Below, one piece after another: positions 41,618-54,403 of a DNA stretch of 64,000 nucleotides (position 1 is the stretch's first letter; the number at the start of each line of letters is the position of its first letter). The notes under the pieces were generated by a model that worked only from the letters and a program-made list of their open reading frames with translations, was not told where the DNA came from and searched no databases. Source of the stretch: Eledone cirrhosa (taxonomy: Eukaryota). The stretch lies in the NCBI GenBank assembly GCA_964016885.1, contig OZ024742.1:158162001-158226000 (forward strand), given 5' to 3'. Made by a program: the position numbers and the translations under genes.

Positions 41618-42837
41618 TAATATAGATCAGTTTTATGAAAAAATATTGACATACCCTTAAAAAATGCAACCATTACTGTTGGAAGCTCCCGGATAGTGGA
41701 GTTGTTTACTTATATTATTATTAGTATTGGATATTTTTATTTTTAAAATTGAGCCGTTGGGTTATAGAGAAAGAAAGAAGAAGAGAGAGAAAAGAGAGAA
41801 AGAAAGAAAAAAGAAAGAAAAAAGAGAGAAAAGAGAGAGAGATACCAAAACAACAGAGAGAGAAACATATATAGATAGAGGAGATAGAGAGAAGGGGAGA
41901 GAACGAAAACTTTAAGTAATATCGTGTTGAGTTAACTTAACAATTGAGATGAAATGAATAAATAAAATTAGAAATGTTAATAATCATGAATGGAATAAAC
42001 ATATATAATATGAGAAATTAATCATAGTTTAAATATGATTAGATTCATAGTTATTCATTTAAAAATTGAGATCAATATGTTATAAATTGGGATCTATACA
42101 TTAAAAAGTCCATATATTGCTAGAGAACTACATATCATATAACAGTACACACACGCAAAAATACATATAAATATATATACACACTTATAAAATACATACC
42201 ATATCGAAGTACGTATATAATATATACACACAAAACATAAAGGATTCTTTAATTTAATGTTATACACACTTTATGTTATTAATTATGATTAACTGTTATG
42301 TATTTATGGCTGTTAATTATCATTGGGATAAACACTATACATAAGTGCAATCAAATTGTATGGATATACACGCACATGCACACACATAATTCTCACATAT
42401 ACATATATATACATGTGTGTGTACCCTCAGCCAATAGGTAGACATGTATCACGCATACATATACATACAGACAGACATATATTCATAAAAACGCATAGAA
42501 CATATGTACATGTATGTCAATATACACATATACATATATACTCACATATAGAGAGAAGCATACATCAATACAGTACATAGTATAATTGAGTACATAAAAT
42601 ACAAAAGGATTATATTACAATTTGGAAATATAATTATAGCAATATAACTTTAAAAGCAATACAATTTTAAAATATTATAGAATATTTTAAGTTATAATTT
42701 CAAAATAATGGTATGTTTAATAGATTTAGTATAGAGATTTATCTTACGTATATTTAACTCAGTCAAAAAAGATGAAGGAATCTAATGATTTATCGACAGG
42801 TTTCATATATTAATAAAATCAATTAATTAATTATATA

Positions 42838-43761
42838 CTACATTTTAAATTTATACTTATATTTAAACGTTGAGTTTAATCTATGTCTGCAGCAACTGAA
42901 TAAATTATTCCTTAAGTTCCGGGAATATTTGGTCTTTAATATAAAGAATATTTCCTCTATACAAAGATCGCAATTTTCTGAAGAGGAGTTAAAAGGAGTA
43001 GCTTCTGAAATAATATTCCAAATCAATGAATATTCAACGTTCTCTAGTTTTAGGTCCCATAATAGGCTAGATAGAGAGGTTGAAGATTTTTTGTTTGGAT
43101 CTGTAAAATAATTTTTATGATTATTGAAGCGGGATTTAAACTCTGTGGAGGTAGATCTCACATAATTAAATGAATTTAAAATAGTTTTTACATTACAATT
43201 TTATACTACGTGTTTAGCTAAGCAATTGTTATTTAACGGACAGTTAGATTTATTTCTACAGTTACATTTATCAGATTGAATATTTCTTGGGTTATTATTG
43301 TTATTTTGGTTAGGTTTTACATTTCTATTATTAATTCTATTAATATTTTGCGCTAAACTTTTGGTGGAAGAATAAGTTAATTTTATAGTATGTCTATTAA
43401 AAATTGAGTAATGTCTATGTGTTCTAGGGAAGCATTTGTCAAGAGCTTTACAAAATAGTTTAGCAATAGGGGTTTTAATATTTAATGAGAAAGGAGGAGC
43501 GAACCATAATATGTGCCTATTTCTATTTCTTTTTCGGCTTTCGGAATTATTGTAATGTTTTCTATTATAGTTGTTAAAATTGTTACCATAGTTAAAATTG
43601 TTATGATTATGGTTAGTTGTTATATTATTCTTATTATCGTAGTATTTAATTTTATTTCTATAGCCAGCTCTACCTAACGCTTCGTTGTAATAATGTGCTT
43701 TTTCATCAAATATATACTTATTAGCTGAAATTCTCGAAATTTGTTCTTGTACAGAGTTCAA
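42838..43761 (-). pseudogene. PLE RT-thumb/linker + GIY-YIG endonuclease, left copy (stop in the VVY motif, YVG mutated to YVR)
   Basis: ORFs 43201-43761 and 42838-43161 are in the same frame, separated by TAA at 43201-43203. Confidence 0.85.
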
Positions 43762-43777
43762 CTATTGTACAGAGTTC

Positions 43778-44400
43778 AACTATTTTGTAAAGCTCTTGAC
43801 AAATGCTTCCCTAGAACACATAGACATTACTCAATTTTTAATAGACATACTATAAAATTAACTTATTCTTCCACCAAAAATTTAGCGCAAAATATTAATA
43901 GAATTAATAATAGAAATTTAAAACCTAACCAAAATACCAATAATAACCCAAGCAATATTCAATCTGATAAATGTAACTGTAGAAATAAATCTAACTGTCC
44001 GTTAAATAACAATTGCTTAGCTAAAAACGTAGTATATAATTGTAATGTAAAAACTAATTTAAATTCATTTAATTAAGTGGGATCTACCTCCACAGAGTTT
44101 AAATCCCGCTTCAATAATCATAAAAATTATTTTACAGATCCAAACAAAAAATCTTCAACCTCTCTATCTAGCCTATTATAGGACCTAAATCTAGAGAACG
44201 TTGAATATTCGTTGATTTGGAATATTATTTCAGAAGTTACTCCTTTTAACTCCTCTTCAGAAAATTGCGATCTTTGTATAGAGGAAATATTCTTTATATT
44301 AAAGACCAAATATTCCCGGAACTTAAGGAATAATTTATTCAGTTGCTGCAGACATAGATTAAACTCAACGTTTAAATATAAGTATAAATTTAAAATGTAG
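43778..44400 (+). pseudogene. PLE linker + GIY-YIG endonuclease, right copy (stop at the Y of YVG and at a Trp codon)
   Basis: Same peptide as the left copy, with TAA at 44074-44076. Confidence 0.85.
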
Positions 44401-45616
44401 TATATAATTAATTAATTGATTTTATTAATATATGAAACCTGTCGATAAATCATTAGATTCCTTCATCTTTTTTGACTGAGTTAAATATACGTAAGATAAA
44501 TCTCTATACTAAATCTATTAAACATACCATTATTTTGAAATTATAACTTAAAATATTCTATAATATTTTAAAATTGTATTGCTTTTAAAGTTATATTGCT
44601 ATAATTATATTTCCAAATTGGAATATAATCCTTTTGTATTTTATGTACTCAATTATACTATGTACTGTATTGATGTATGCTTCTCTCTATATGTGAGTAT
44701 ATATGTATATGTGTATATTGACATACATGTACATATGTTCTATGCGTTTTTATGAATATATGTCTGTCTGTATGTATATGTATGCGTGATACATGTCTAC
44801 CTATTGGCTGAGGGTACACACACATGTATATATATGTATATGTGAGAATTATGTGTGTGCATGTGCGTGTATATCCATACAATTTGATTGCACTTATGTA
44901 TAGTGTTTATCCCAATGATAATTAACAGCCATAAATACATAACAGTTAATCATAATTAATAACATAAAGTGTGTATAACATTAAATTAAAGAATCCTTTA
45001 TGTTTTGTGTGTATATATTATATACGTACTTCGATATGGTATGTATTTTATAAGTGTGTATATATAGTTATATGTATTTTTGCGTGTGTGTACGTGTTAT
45101 ATATGTAGTTCTCTAGCAATATATGGACTTTTTAATGTATAGATCCCAATTTGTAATATATTGATCTCAATGTTTAAATGATTAACTAAACATCTAATCA
45201 TATTTAAACAATGCTTAATTTCTCATATTATATATGTATATTCCATTCATGATTATTAACATTTCTAATTTTATTTATTCATTTCATCTCAATTGTTAAG
45301 TTAACTCAACAAGATATGACTTAAAGTTTTCGTTCTCTCCCCTTCTCTCTATCTCCTCTATCTATATATATTTCTCTCTCTGTTGTTTTGGTATCTCTCT
45401 CTATTTTCGCTCTTTTTTCTTTCTTTTTTCTTTCTTTCTCTCTTTTTCTCTCTCTCCTTCTTTCTTTCTCTATAACCCAACGGCTTATTTTTTAAATAAA
45501 AATATCAAATACTAATAATAATATAAGTAAACAACTCCCCTATCCGGGAGCTTCCAACAGTAATAGTTGCATTTTAAGGGTATGTCAATATTTATTTATA
45601 AAACTGATCTATATTA

Positions 45617-45681
45617 TATTTTGTTTGATGAAAGCACACCATAATTTAACTTGGTGTCCTTGAAATATGTATAATGAAATA
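45617..45681 (+). ncRNA. Mirror copy of the PLE hammerhead with core mutation (TTGATGA)
   Basis: Identical to 41553-41617 except C3 changed to T. Confidence 0.7.
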
Positions 45682-45724
45682 AATATGGTTTTATAAATAT
45701 AGTTTCCATTTGTTAATATCGTAT

Positions 45725-45755
<31 letters not shown>

Positions 45756-45762
45756 CATACAG

Positions 45763-45808
<46 letters not shown>

Positions 45809-46101
45809 CAATATATATATATATACGTACATACAATATATATATATATATATATACATACACACATATATACATACATACACACATATATACATACAAT
45901 ATATATATATATACATACATACAATATATACACATATCATACATACATACAATACATATATATATATATACATACATACACACGATATACACAAACATAC
46001 ATATACACACATACAATATATATACATATATATATACATATACACATACATATATATATACATATATATACATATATATATACATATATATACATATATA
46101 T

Positions 46102-46179
<78 letters not shown>

Positions 46180-46197
<18 letters not shown>

Positions 46198-46302
46198 GTG
46201 TATGTGTATATATATATACATATATATGTGTATGTGTATATATGTATATATGTATATGTACATATATATGCGTGTGTGTTGTGTATGTATATATATATAT
46301 AC

Positions 46303-46383
<81 letters not shown>

Positions 46384-46495
46384 TACACAACACACACGCA
46401 TATATATGTACATATACATATATACATATATACACATACACATATATATGTATATATATATATATACACATACACATATATATATATACATACAT
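46180..46495. repeat. Palindromic microsatellite mosaic centred on (TA)n
   Basis: TGCGTGTGTGTTGTGTATG mirrored by CATACACAACACACACGCA. Confidence 0.8.
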
Positions 46496-46559
46496 AGATA
46501 CATACATACATACATACATACATACATACATACATACATACATACATACATACATACAT

Positions 46560-46712
46560 GGTGGCTGCCAACTCGTTTTCGAGTATGGCCACTACTTTAT
46601 ATCCATGTAGGAGAACTCCTACCGATGCGCTGAACGAATGTGACTTTAGTCCAGCCAGCGACTTGAAAACTCTGGTACAAACACTACACTTGTGACAATT
46701 ATTGACACATAG
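46560..46712 (-). mobile_element. Short 3' fragment of the RTE-like family in (CATA)n
   Basis: [20 protein letters not shown] plus the same 3'UTR as 39791 onward. Confidence 0.72.
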
Positions 46713-46816
46713 ATACATACATAATACATACATACATACATACATACATACATACATACATACATACATACATACATACATACATACATACCTATATACA
46801 TACATATATACATACA

Positions 46817-46909
46817 TGATGATGATGGCTGCCCCCTCGTTATCGAGTATGGTCATTGCACGAGGAGGAAAAAAAAAAAAATAAATAAATAAAAAAGAAA
46901 ATAAAAATA

Positions 46910-46980
<71 letters not shown>

Positions 46981-47031
46981 CACATATATACATATATATA
47001 TGTATATATACACACATACATACACACATAT

Positions 47032-47062
<31 letters not shown>

Positions 47063-47477
47063 TATACATCAATAACAATAATAATAACAACAATAATAAC
47101 AACAATAATAATAACGACAACAACAATAATAATATACATATATATATATATACACACACACGCACACACATAAGCATATCTACACACACACACACACACG
47201 ATAGCAACTAACAGCGCTGCGATCGAATGTGGCTTTTTAGCCCAGCCAATGATCTAAAATGTCTTGCACAGAGTCGGCAACCAAAACATTCACTGGGAAT
47301 AGACGGCTGTGGTTGGAGTTCGTGTACTCTTGCATATCGCTTGAGCCCTCCTGCTGATTTACATTCTCTACCACATGTTTGGCAAGCATGATGTGTAGCA
47401 TCTCCAACAGCAGCCTGGTAGTCAACCACTGGTCTTACTTTATGACTGCGAAGATGACTTTCGAGTCCAGCTTTGGA
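46817..47477 (-). mobile_element. 3' end of a second RTE-like family with tandem C2H2 fingers; 3'UTR broken up by microsatellites
   Basis: 47208-47477 encodes SKAGLESHLRSH...CQTCGRECKSAGGLKRYARVH...[21 protein letters not shown]. The terminal motif ACTCGATAACGAGGGGGCAGCCATC at 46823-46850 resembles the other family's terminus. Confidence 0.55.
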
Positions 47478-47600
47478 CATACATACATACATACATACAT
47501 ACATGCATACATACATACATACATACATACATACATACATACATACATACATACATACATACATACATACATACATACATACATACATACATACATACAT

Positions 47601-50600
47601 AACAGTCAACGCGATCAGTTGCATATTTTGGCGTGGGAGAGTATTTATTAAATTTAAGATGAATACTATCTCCGACAGTAATGCCACAACTACAGCCAGC
47701 TTGAATAACTCGTTATTCTTCTAACTATCCCTTCTGAAGACACCTTTTATTCGAATACGTAGAGATATCCGACTAAATACATAATTCATTTTACAAGGAT
47801 TTGCTACAAACAGCATGGCTGAACACAACATCAACAAAAAAATTAAGGAAGTATCGAAGACAAATAACAAGAAAGTTAAACAAACTTTATTCAGTTGTAG
47901 CTACAGAAGAAACCGAAATTATAAATCGCATTTCTCTTGCAGTTGCGAACTTAATAAGGATTTATTTAATTGTTATAAAATGGCAAAATTCAATCCCTCC
48001 ATTGGCTATATGAATAGAATGAAGCTACAATGGGACGAAATGCACCCAGAGCTAAATTATTTCACAGCGAAACAATTACGCCAACAAGTTATGTTTGTTG
48101 AACGTAAAAATGAGATAAATATTATTAATTGTAAGTCCCCCACAACAAACATGGAATCAACAACACGTGCTACAGATCGCCATGCTGCTAGACTTCCTAG
48201 CAGCCTGGTCGAACAGCGCCTTGAAGCAACTATGCCTGTAAGAAACTTGACACCACCTGTACCATCTAAGTCTACCTCGAATGCTGGGGAAAACACTATC
48301 GATAATAATAATAATCGAAGAAATAATAATAATAATCGAATAAATGTGACACCACGTATACCATCCGAGTCTACCTCGACTGTTGTGGAAAATACTATCG
48401 AAAAGTATGAACAATTGAAAATTTCCCTCAACGAAATCTTCCAATGAGAAATTAACTCAGTCTCTTGCTAAACTTGTTAAAATGACAATGGTGAATAAAA
48501 AACCAAATAATGAAATACTACGTGTTATTGACGAAATAGGAGATGAATATTTACGACGGATAAAAACCCCAACATTTTGGCAAATCAACGCCTGTTTATA
48601 TGCCTTAACAATGACAGTGAAGCATTATCTTGGTGATAGCAGTGATATTAACAAGAACAAAACACCACAAAAAATAGCATCATATATAACTATAATAGAA
48701 AAAAAGAGTGCTGACCTACGAAAAAACATAGGACATGTGACAATGCTCCTTACATGCAAATAAACACAAAAAACCTCAATCCTCACCAACAAAGAGTGGA
48801 AAATAAAATAGAGACGATGGTTGGTAACAGTAGAACCAGAACTCTCCAATATAAGCTGATCACCCTCAAACAAGAATTGAGAGCTGTTAGCGAAAAACGC
48901 CGATATCTGAAGAAGGTAGATGAGAGAAAAATGCTTAATAAAAGATTCAGACGAAACCAAACTTCAGTCTATAGAGATATGAAGGGCAAAATAATAAGTG
49001 TCACTGATTCCTTTTGGAGAAAAATATGGGGTGAAAAGAAGAATTTCAACCAAGATGCAGTGTGGCAAAGAGAAATCCGAAAGAACAATTGCTCCTTCAC
49101 TACAACAAAAACATACGAAATAAGTGAGGGTACCCTTGAGACTGTGATAGGAAAACTCCAAGATAAGAAAACACCAGGAAGAGACATGATTGTCGGCTAC
49201 AGGTACAAAAAACTAATATTCTATCGGAGGTATCTTATTGACCTCTACCAACAAGTTCTTAAGGGAGATAAACTTATACCAGAATGGTTGACATTAGCAC
49301 AAACGTTACTGGTCCCCAAGAACAAAGACACCCACTTGGCAAAAAACTACCGACCCATTGCATGCCAGAACCTGATGTATAAGATGTATACAGCCTGCCT
49401 GAACCTATTCCTCCAAGATCACTGTGAAAATAATAACATCATCACAGATGAAGCAGCAGCTGGAAAGAAAGGGGTTTGGGGATGTGCTGAACACCTCCTA
49501 ATCAACAAAACTGCGATGTCGGAGGTGCGACAACTTAGGAGGAATATGACTACAGTCTGTCTGGACTACAGGAAAGCTTTCGATTCTGTTCCCCACTCTT
49601 GGATGATAGAGGCCGTCCAACTTGCTAAAGTCCCAGACATTATTGTCAGATCCATAGAGAGGCTGTCTTCTTTTTGGGCTACTATCCTAAGGTTAAAGAC
49701 AGAGAGGGAGGACTCTATTTTCACTGATAAAATAAAATATTGCAAGGGTATATTTCAGGGGGACAGTCTCTCTGTGATATTGTTCAGCTTTTCATTAAAC
49801 CCCTTGTCCTTTCTGCTCAAGAATTGGCTCACAGGTGGACAGAAATACGAACCTAATACATAACTTCTTTGTGGACGATCTGAAACTCTATGCCAAGAAC
49901 ATGGATGGGATGAAGAAAAATCTTGACCTGGTTACAACGTTCTCAATGGAGTTGGGCCAAGATAAATGCTCATACATGACTGTAAATATGGGAAAAACAG
50001 CAACCCAATCTAGCAACATTGTCATCAATGGTTTAACTGTTTCAGCGATATCTGATGAGGACTGCTACAGATACCTGGGGATAGATGAGAACATATCCTA
50101 TAATGGTATCTGTAATAAAGAACTCGTAACCAGGGAATACTACACCCGATTAAGAAAGATCTGGTCATCGGAACTCTCTGCGCAAAACAAAACAGTGGCT
50201 CACAATGTGTTTTATGTGCCTGTCCTAACACCAACGTTTGGAATACTCAATTGGACGATACACGAAATCCGAGCCGTTGATGTTGGAACTCGAAAAATAC
50301 TGAAGAACACCGGAAACTTCCACATCAACAGTGACATAGACCGCCTTTACTTGAAACGTAAGCAGAGAGGCAGAGGCCTAACATCAGTCCAGACAACATT
50401 TGAATGTCGCATCATATCTCTCCGACAACATCTACGAACCTTGAAGCGTAGGAGCCCACTTCTCGAGCAAGTCTATCTGCATGAAACAGATAAGATCATG
50501 AGAGTTGGGAAGGAACTCCTTGAGATATATTCCCTGTGTGATAATCAAAAACTCACACCCAGGGATGTCGCTCAGCAGTATCGCAGAGAATCCATGGATG

Positions 50601-51613
50601 AAAAACGGCATGCCTATCAGCAAAGAATCATGCATGGATATGTTGCCAGGAAGCTCCAGAGTGAGAGTAATATAGATAAGGAATGTAGTCTATCTTGGAC
50701 CAACAACCGCTATATTGGCTCCCACTTTGAAGGATACGCTTTTGCAATCCAGTAACAGGAGATTAGCACGAAATACCTGATTCACAAAAGAGATAGGGAT
50801 GCAGGCACCTAGATGTGATAACAAGTGCAGACTCTGCAGAACTAACATCGAGGATATCACCCATGTCATCAGCAGCTGTCCAAAGATGTCATTGCGGTAC
50901 TATCTACCTATGACGCATGATGTAGTGGCCAAAACACTGTACAATGCAGTTCGTAAAAAAGATAGCCCCGATAATAAACACATTAAAAGCTAGAACAATG
51001 TGGAAGATATCCATGTACATAATATGAAAGAGTGGAATGTTCCAGTAAAAACCCAATAAAATGCAGGCATAACAGACCAGATATTATGATATGGGACAGG
51101 GAGAAGGAAACATGCCCAGCAGATGCCAATATAATATCAAAGATTAGTGAAAAGGAGAATATTTATGCAGAACTGATGAGAAATCTGCAGATACTCCACC
51201 CTGTTACACCTTCAGATTTATGCCTGTGATTATTGGGGCACTGGGATATGTTAGTAACTGCCTCAATACAAATCTTGAGAAGCTAGGCTTCACAGGAACA
51301 GAAAGAACACAACTAGTTAGGAAATTACAAGTACAATCCATTAATGGAACAGTAAAAATATGTAAAACATTCCAACGATTTTGCATCTAATAACTGCATA
51401 TACACATGTACAGATACAAAGCATATATACATGGACACATACAACTCAAAACATACACATCCACACATACAATAACATCCATATCTACACACGCATACAT
51501 ACATATCTACCTAGTTGATGTTGTGTAAATTCCAATGAGAGAGTCTTGTGTCTATGTTAGAAAACGACTCTCTCTTTATTGGTAAAACTTTGTGAAATTA
51601 TAAAACCAGAAGA
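47601..51613 (+). mobile_element. R4/Dong-like retrotransposon family B, near full length, frameshifted, flanked by (CATA)n
   Basis: Myb-like N-terminus ELNKDLFNCY...GYMNRMKLQW. RT motifs NYRPIAC, LDYRKAFDSVPH, FQGDSLS and FVDDLKLY. CRLC...HVISSC followed by HD. RLE RPDIMIWD...PVIIGALG. Stop near 51390. Confidence 0.9.
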
Positions 51614-51716
51614 ACATACATACATACATGCATATCAATACATACATATCAATACCTATTCATATATATCGTTCTGCAAATGCGGTATTAACCATCAATC
51701 ACATTATGAATGCCAG

Positions 51717-51718
<2 letters not shown>

Positions 51719-51811
<93 letters not shown>
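51719..51811. repeat. (TC)n microsatellite (others at 34645-34694 and 61222-61328)
   Basis: Direct reading. Confidence 0.95.
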
Positions 51812-51814
<3 letters not shown>

Positions 51815-52601
51815 CCTCCATCGCCTACTTATATTATTCTTCCATATGTTAACGTCGGCATATTAATGTAGAAGTTTACTAATGGAGAAGTATTTAAGAT
51901 ACGAAATACATATTGCATATTCATTAGAGAAGAAATATATTATATATTGCTTAAGAGTTGCAGAAAGGCAACCTCGTAGGTAAAGGTGAATTGTTTTTTG
52001 TCGACAGAATAATGGTTTAAGGTTATTCTGCACACCAATAGGTGACCTAAGGAAAACCAATAAATCAAAAGAGCTATCACCTGATGTTGTAGTTTCTTTG
52101 TCGTTATTGAGATCATACGTGGTGTACTCAGAGTGGCGATTGGCTAGATGACTGCCAATTTCAAATATACATAGAAATGTGCAAAATATATATTTGATTT
52201 AATAGATATGATTGCTATAGGTTGGTCCGATAATGTATGAGAAATTGATGTTCTGTGTCATTAGGAGTTACAAAGAAGGAAGGACATGGGATTAACTTGA
52301 CTAAAATTATAGCTGGCATTCATACATTAAGCCAGAGAAGCAATGAGGACAACTGTATACTAAACAAACTGGGGAATATCCATAGATGTATGTCCACTCA
52401 GACTGAAAGAACAAAATCATTTTACGTGGACCTCATCATATTATATATATATATATATATATAGTATATGTTGGTTGTTTACCGACATATGATTCCAGTT
52501 CCTCAGAGAAATAACAACCCAACCAGGAGCTGGACATATCGGAGTATTGACGGAGTAAAACACTTTAACAACATGTGTACCTGTCTCTACCACACCAATT
52601 C

Positions 52602-52660
52602 GGACAGCCTGAAGAGGTCACAACCAATGATGGCTGTCACCGAAATATATATAGCAGTAC
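52602..52660 (+). ncRNA. Type I hammerhead motif with intact core and decayed stems
   Basis: GGACAGC-CTGAAGA-GGTCACAACCA-ATGA-TGGCTGTCACC-GAAA-TATATA-TA-GCAGTAC. Stem II 9 of 11 bp, stem I 5 of 7 bp. Confidence 0.65.
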
Positions 52661-52770
52661 ATCTCTAATAAACAAAGCCACATTTTAAATGTTTGACTTA
52701 ATTACTTTATTATATATATATATATATACATATATTATTACTAGAATTCTATAAGAATCAAACATTCAGG

Positions 52771-52853
52771 ATTTTCAGCAAACAGGCGGTGATAAGCACT
52801 AAAAAGTGCGAAACAGAAATCTGTCAGCTTTATCTCCCCTGTTTGCTGAAAAT
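52771..52853 (+). ncRNA. Hammerhead remnant lacking CUGANGA, with long stem I
   Basis: ATTTTCAGCAAACAGG..GATAA / GCACT-AAAA-AGTGC-GAAA-CAGA-AA-TCTG-TC-AGCTTTATCTCCCCTGTTTGCTGAAAAT. Confidence 0.55.
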
Positions 52854-54361
52854 TAAAGTAGGTGAGATTGTCACTACTCTAAACCAATAGAGTAAGGTCT
52901 TCGAAATACTTTTAATTAAGCATACAGTCTATTGCAAAATACGCTATATATACATTCATATATATATATATGTATAGATATATTCGGAATACTTGGGAGA
53001 TCTTATCATCAAAATATAAAACGAAGACGTTATTTTATCGAACGTACACTTTATTTTACTCTTGTCCCTGAAATGTTCACTTATACCAGTATTCACTGTG
53101 GGAATTACAAATTTATGCCAAACTAAATCTGTTATATGTTACTTGGGTAAATTTTTATTTGAAACACACCAGTATAATAAGTACTAGCTAACCCCATGGA
53201 ATTGTAGAATCGTTATAACATTTTATTGCGATGTAAAAAAATTAATATATTTAGCCGAGTTTTCTATAAAAATAACGAAGATTTTTTTTCTTTTTTTTTA
53301 AAAAGAGTTCGGTGTTGATGTTTACTTTTATGCCTTCGTAGGTGACATAATATTAGTAAATTCAGTTGGCCTATCGTAATAAAACGAAAACAAAATACGA
53401 TGCAGCGACAAAACCGCAAGAAACGATAACAATATTGAAGGATATAATAACCATACATATACATGAATAAAAAGTAAAACCCATTGTGTTAACTTCGGCT
53501 TTGCCTCGTTATTACTAATAATTAATGATAATTAATAGATTGTCGATGAAATCAAAAACATTATTAGCTGAATAGGCAATCGATTTTAATAATCGTTAAT
53601 GCTATAAAAATAATCGAAACTTCATCAAAAGATATAATGTTGCGATTTAATTGTCACAACGAGCAAGCAACTACTTATTATTGCAATCAACTATATGTGG
53701 CTCTTAGAAGACATGGATGGTGCTGGATGTGAAGTTTTCCTAGGTTAGTGGGTGTTTTAGTAACTTCATAAAGCAGACGCTATCGATTTGGATGTTGTTT
53801 AGAGTCTACATTACCACATGTTTATCCGTGCAACATTGAATTAACCAAGTTATGAATTCTACCAATATTAATCCGTGCTCCAGACTAAATATTAAGTCTT
53901 TGAGATTGATTTTAATCTCAGACTTTTCTATTTCTGATACGCTTTATTCATTCGCAGTGTTTTCCCTGTTCCACACACCAACTTCCGCTGCCTAACATCG
54001 TGCTGTCAGTAAAACTAGCAGTTACTCCAACCCCAAGCAGTGAACTTTGCAAAACTAAATGTGTGTTATTGATTATATTTTCATCACTCTATTTGTCCAA
54101 ACTATCTGCAACATTGATCTGTAAACTTCTGTGCCAGAGGCTTTACTTTTACTTTCATTCACATACATTGCAAATGATAGCTGAGTGTTTTTTTATGTTT
54201 TCATAAGGTAATTGTTAAATAGTATATAGTTATATGTGTCCATATGATTAGGTACACCTGTGTGTTCGCGTGCGTAGGTATGGGTATGTGTTTGTTGGTG
54301 GTGCGTTCATATATATATATATATTTATATATATACATGATAAATGTGTATCTGCATAAAT

Positions 54362-54403
<42 letters not shown>

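Larger units (their letters stand above)
41510..45724. mobile_element. Penelope-like element (Naiad-type C-terminal GIY-YIG): two 5'-truncated copies joined head-to-head with 3' tails outward
   Basis: 41510-43460 is the reverse complement of 43778-45724. ORF remnants ILWFAPPFS...CNCRNKSNCPLNNNCL...VVY...YVGST...FKSRFNNH...CDLCIEE...CCRH. HHR near each outer end. Confidence 0.88.

Noticed and set aside
42838-44400. Selenoprotein-type Naiad
   Set aside because: Cys positions use TGT/TGC. The stops are TAA/TAG at Tyr/Trp codons and differ between the arms.
44410-44460. Additional hammerhead just after the PLE stop (GAAACCTGTC)
   Set aside because: No CUGANGA or convincing stem II upstream.
47208-47687. 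Host C2H2 zinc-finger gene
   Set aside because: The N-terminal half is microsatellite, there are no TGEKP linkers, and it resembles RTE C-termini and has an RTE-like terminus downstream.
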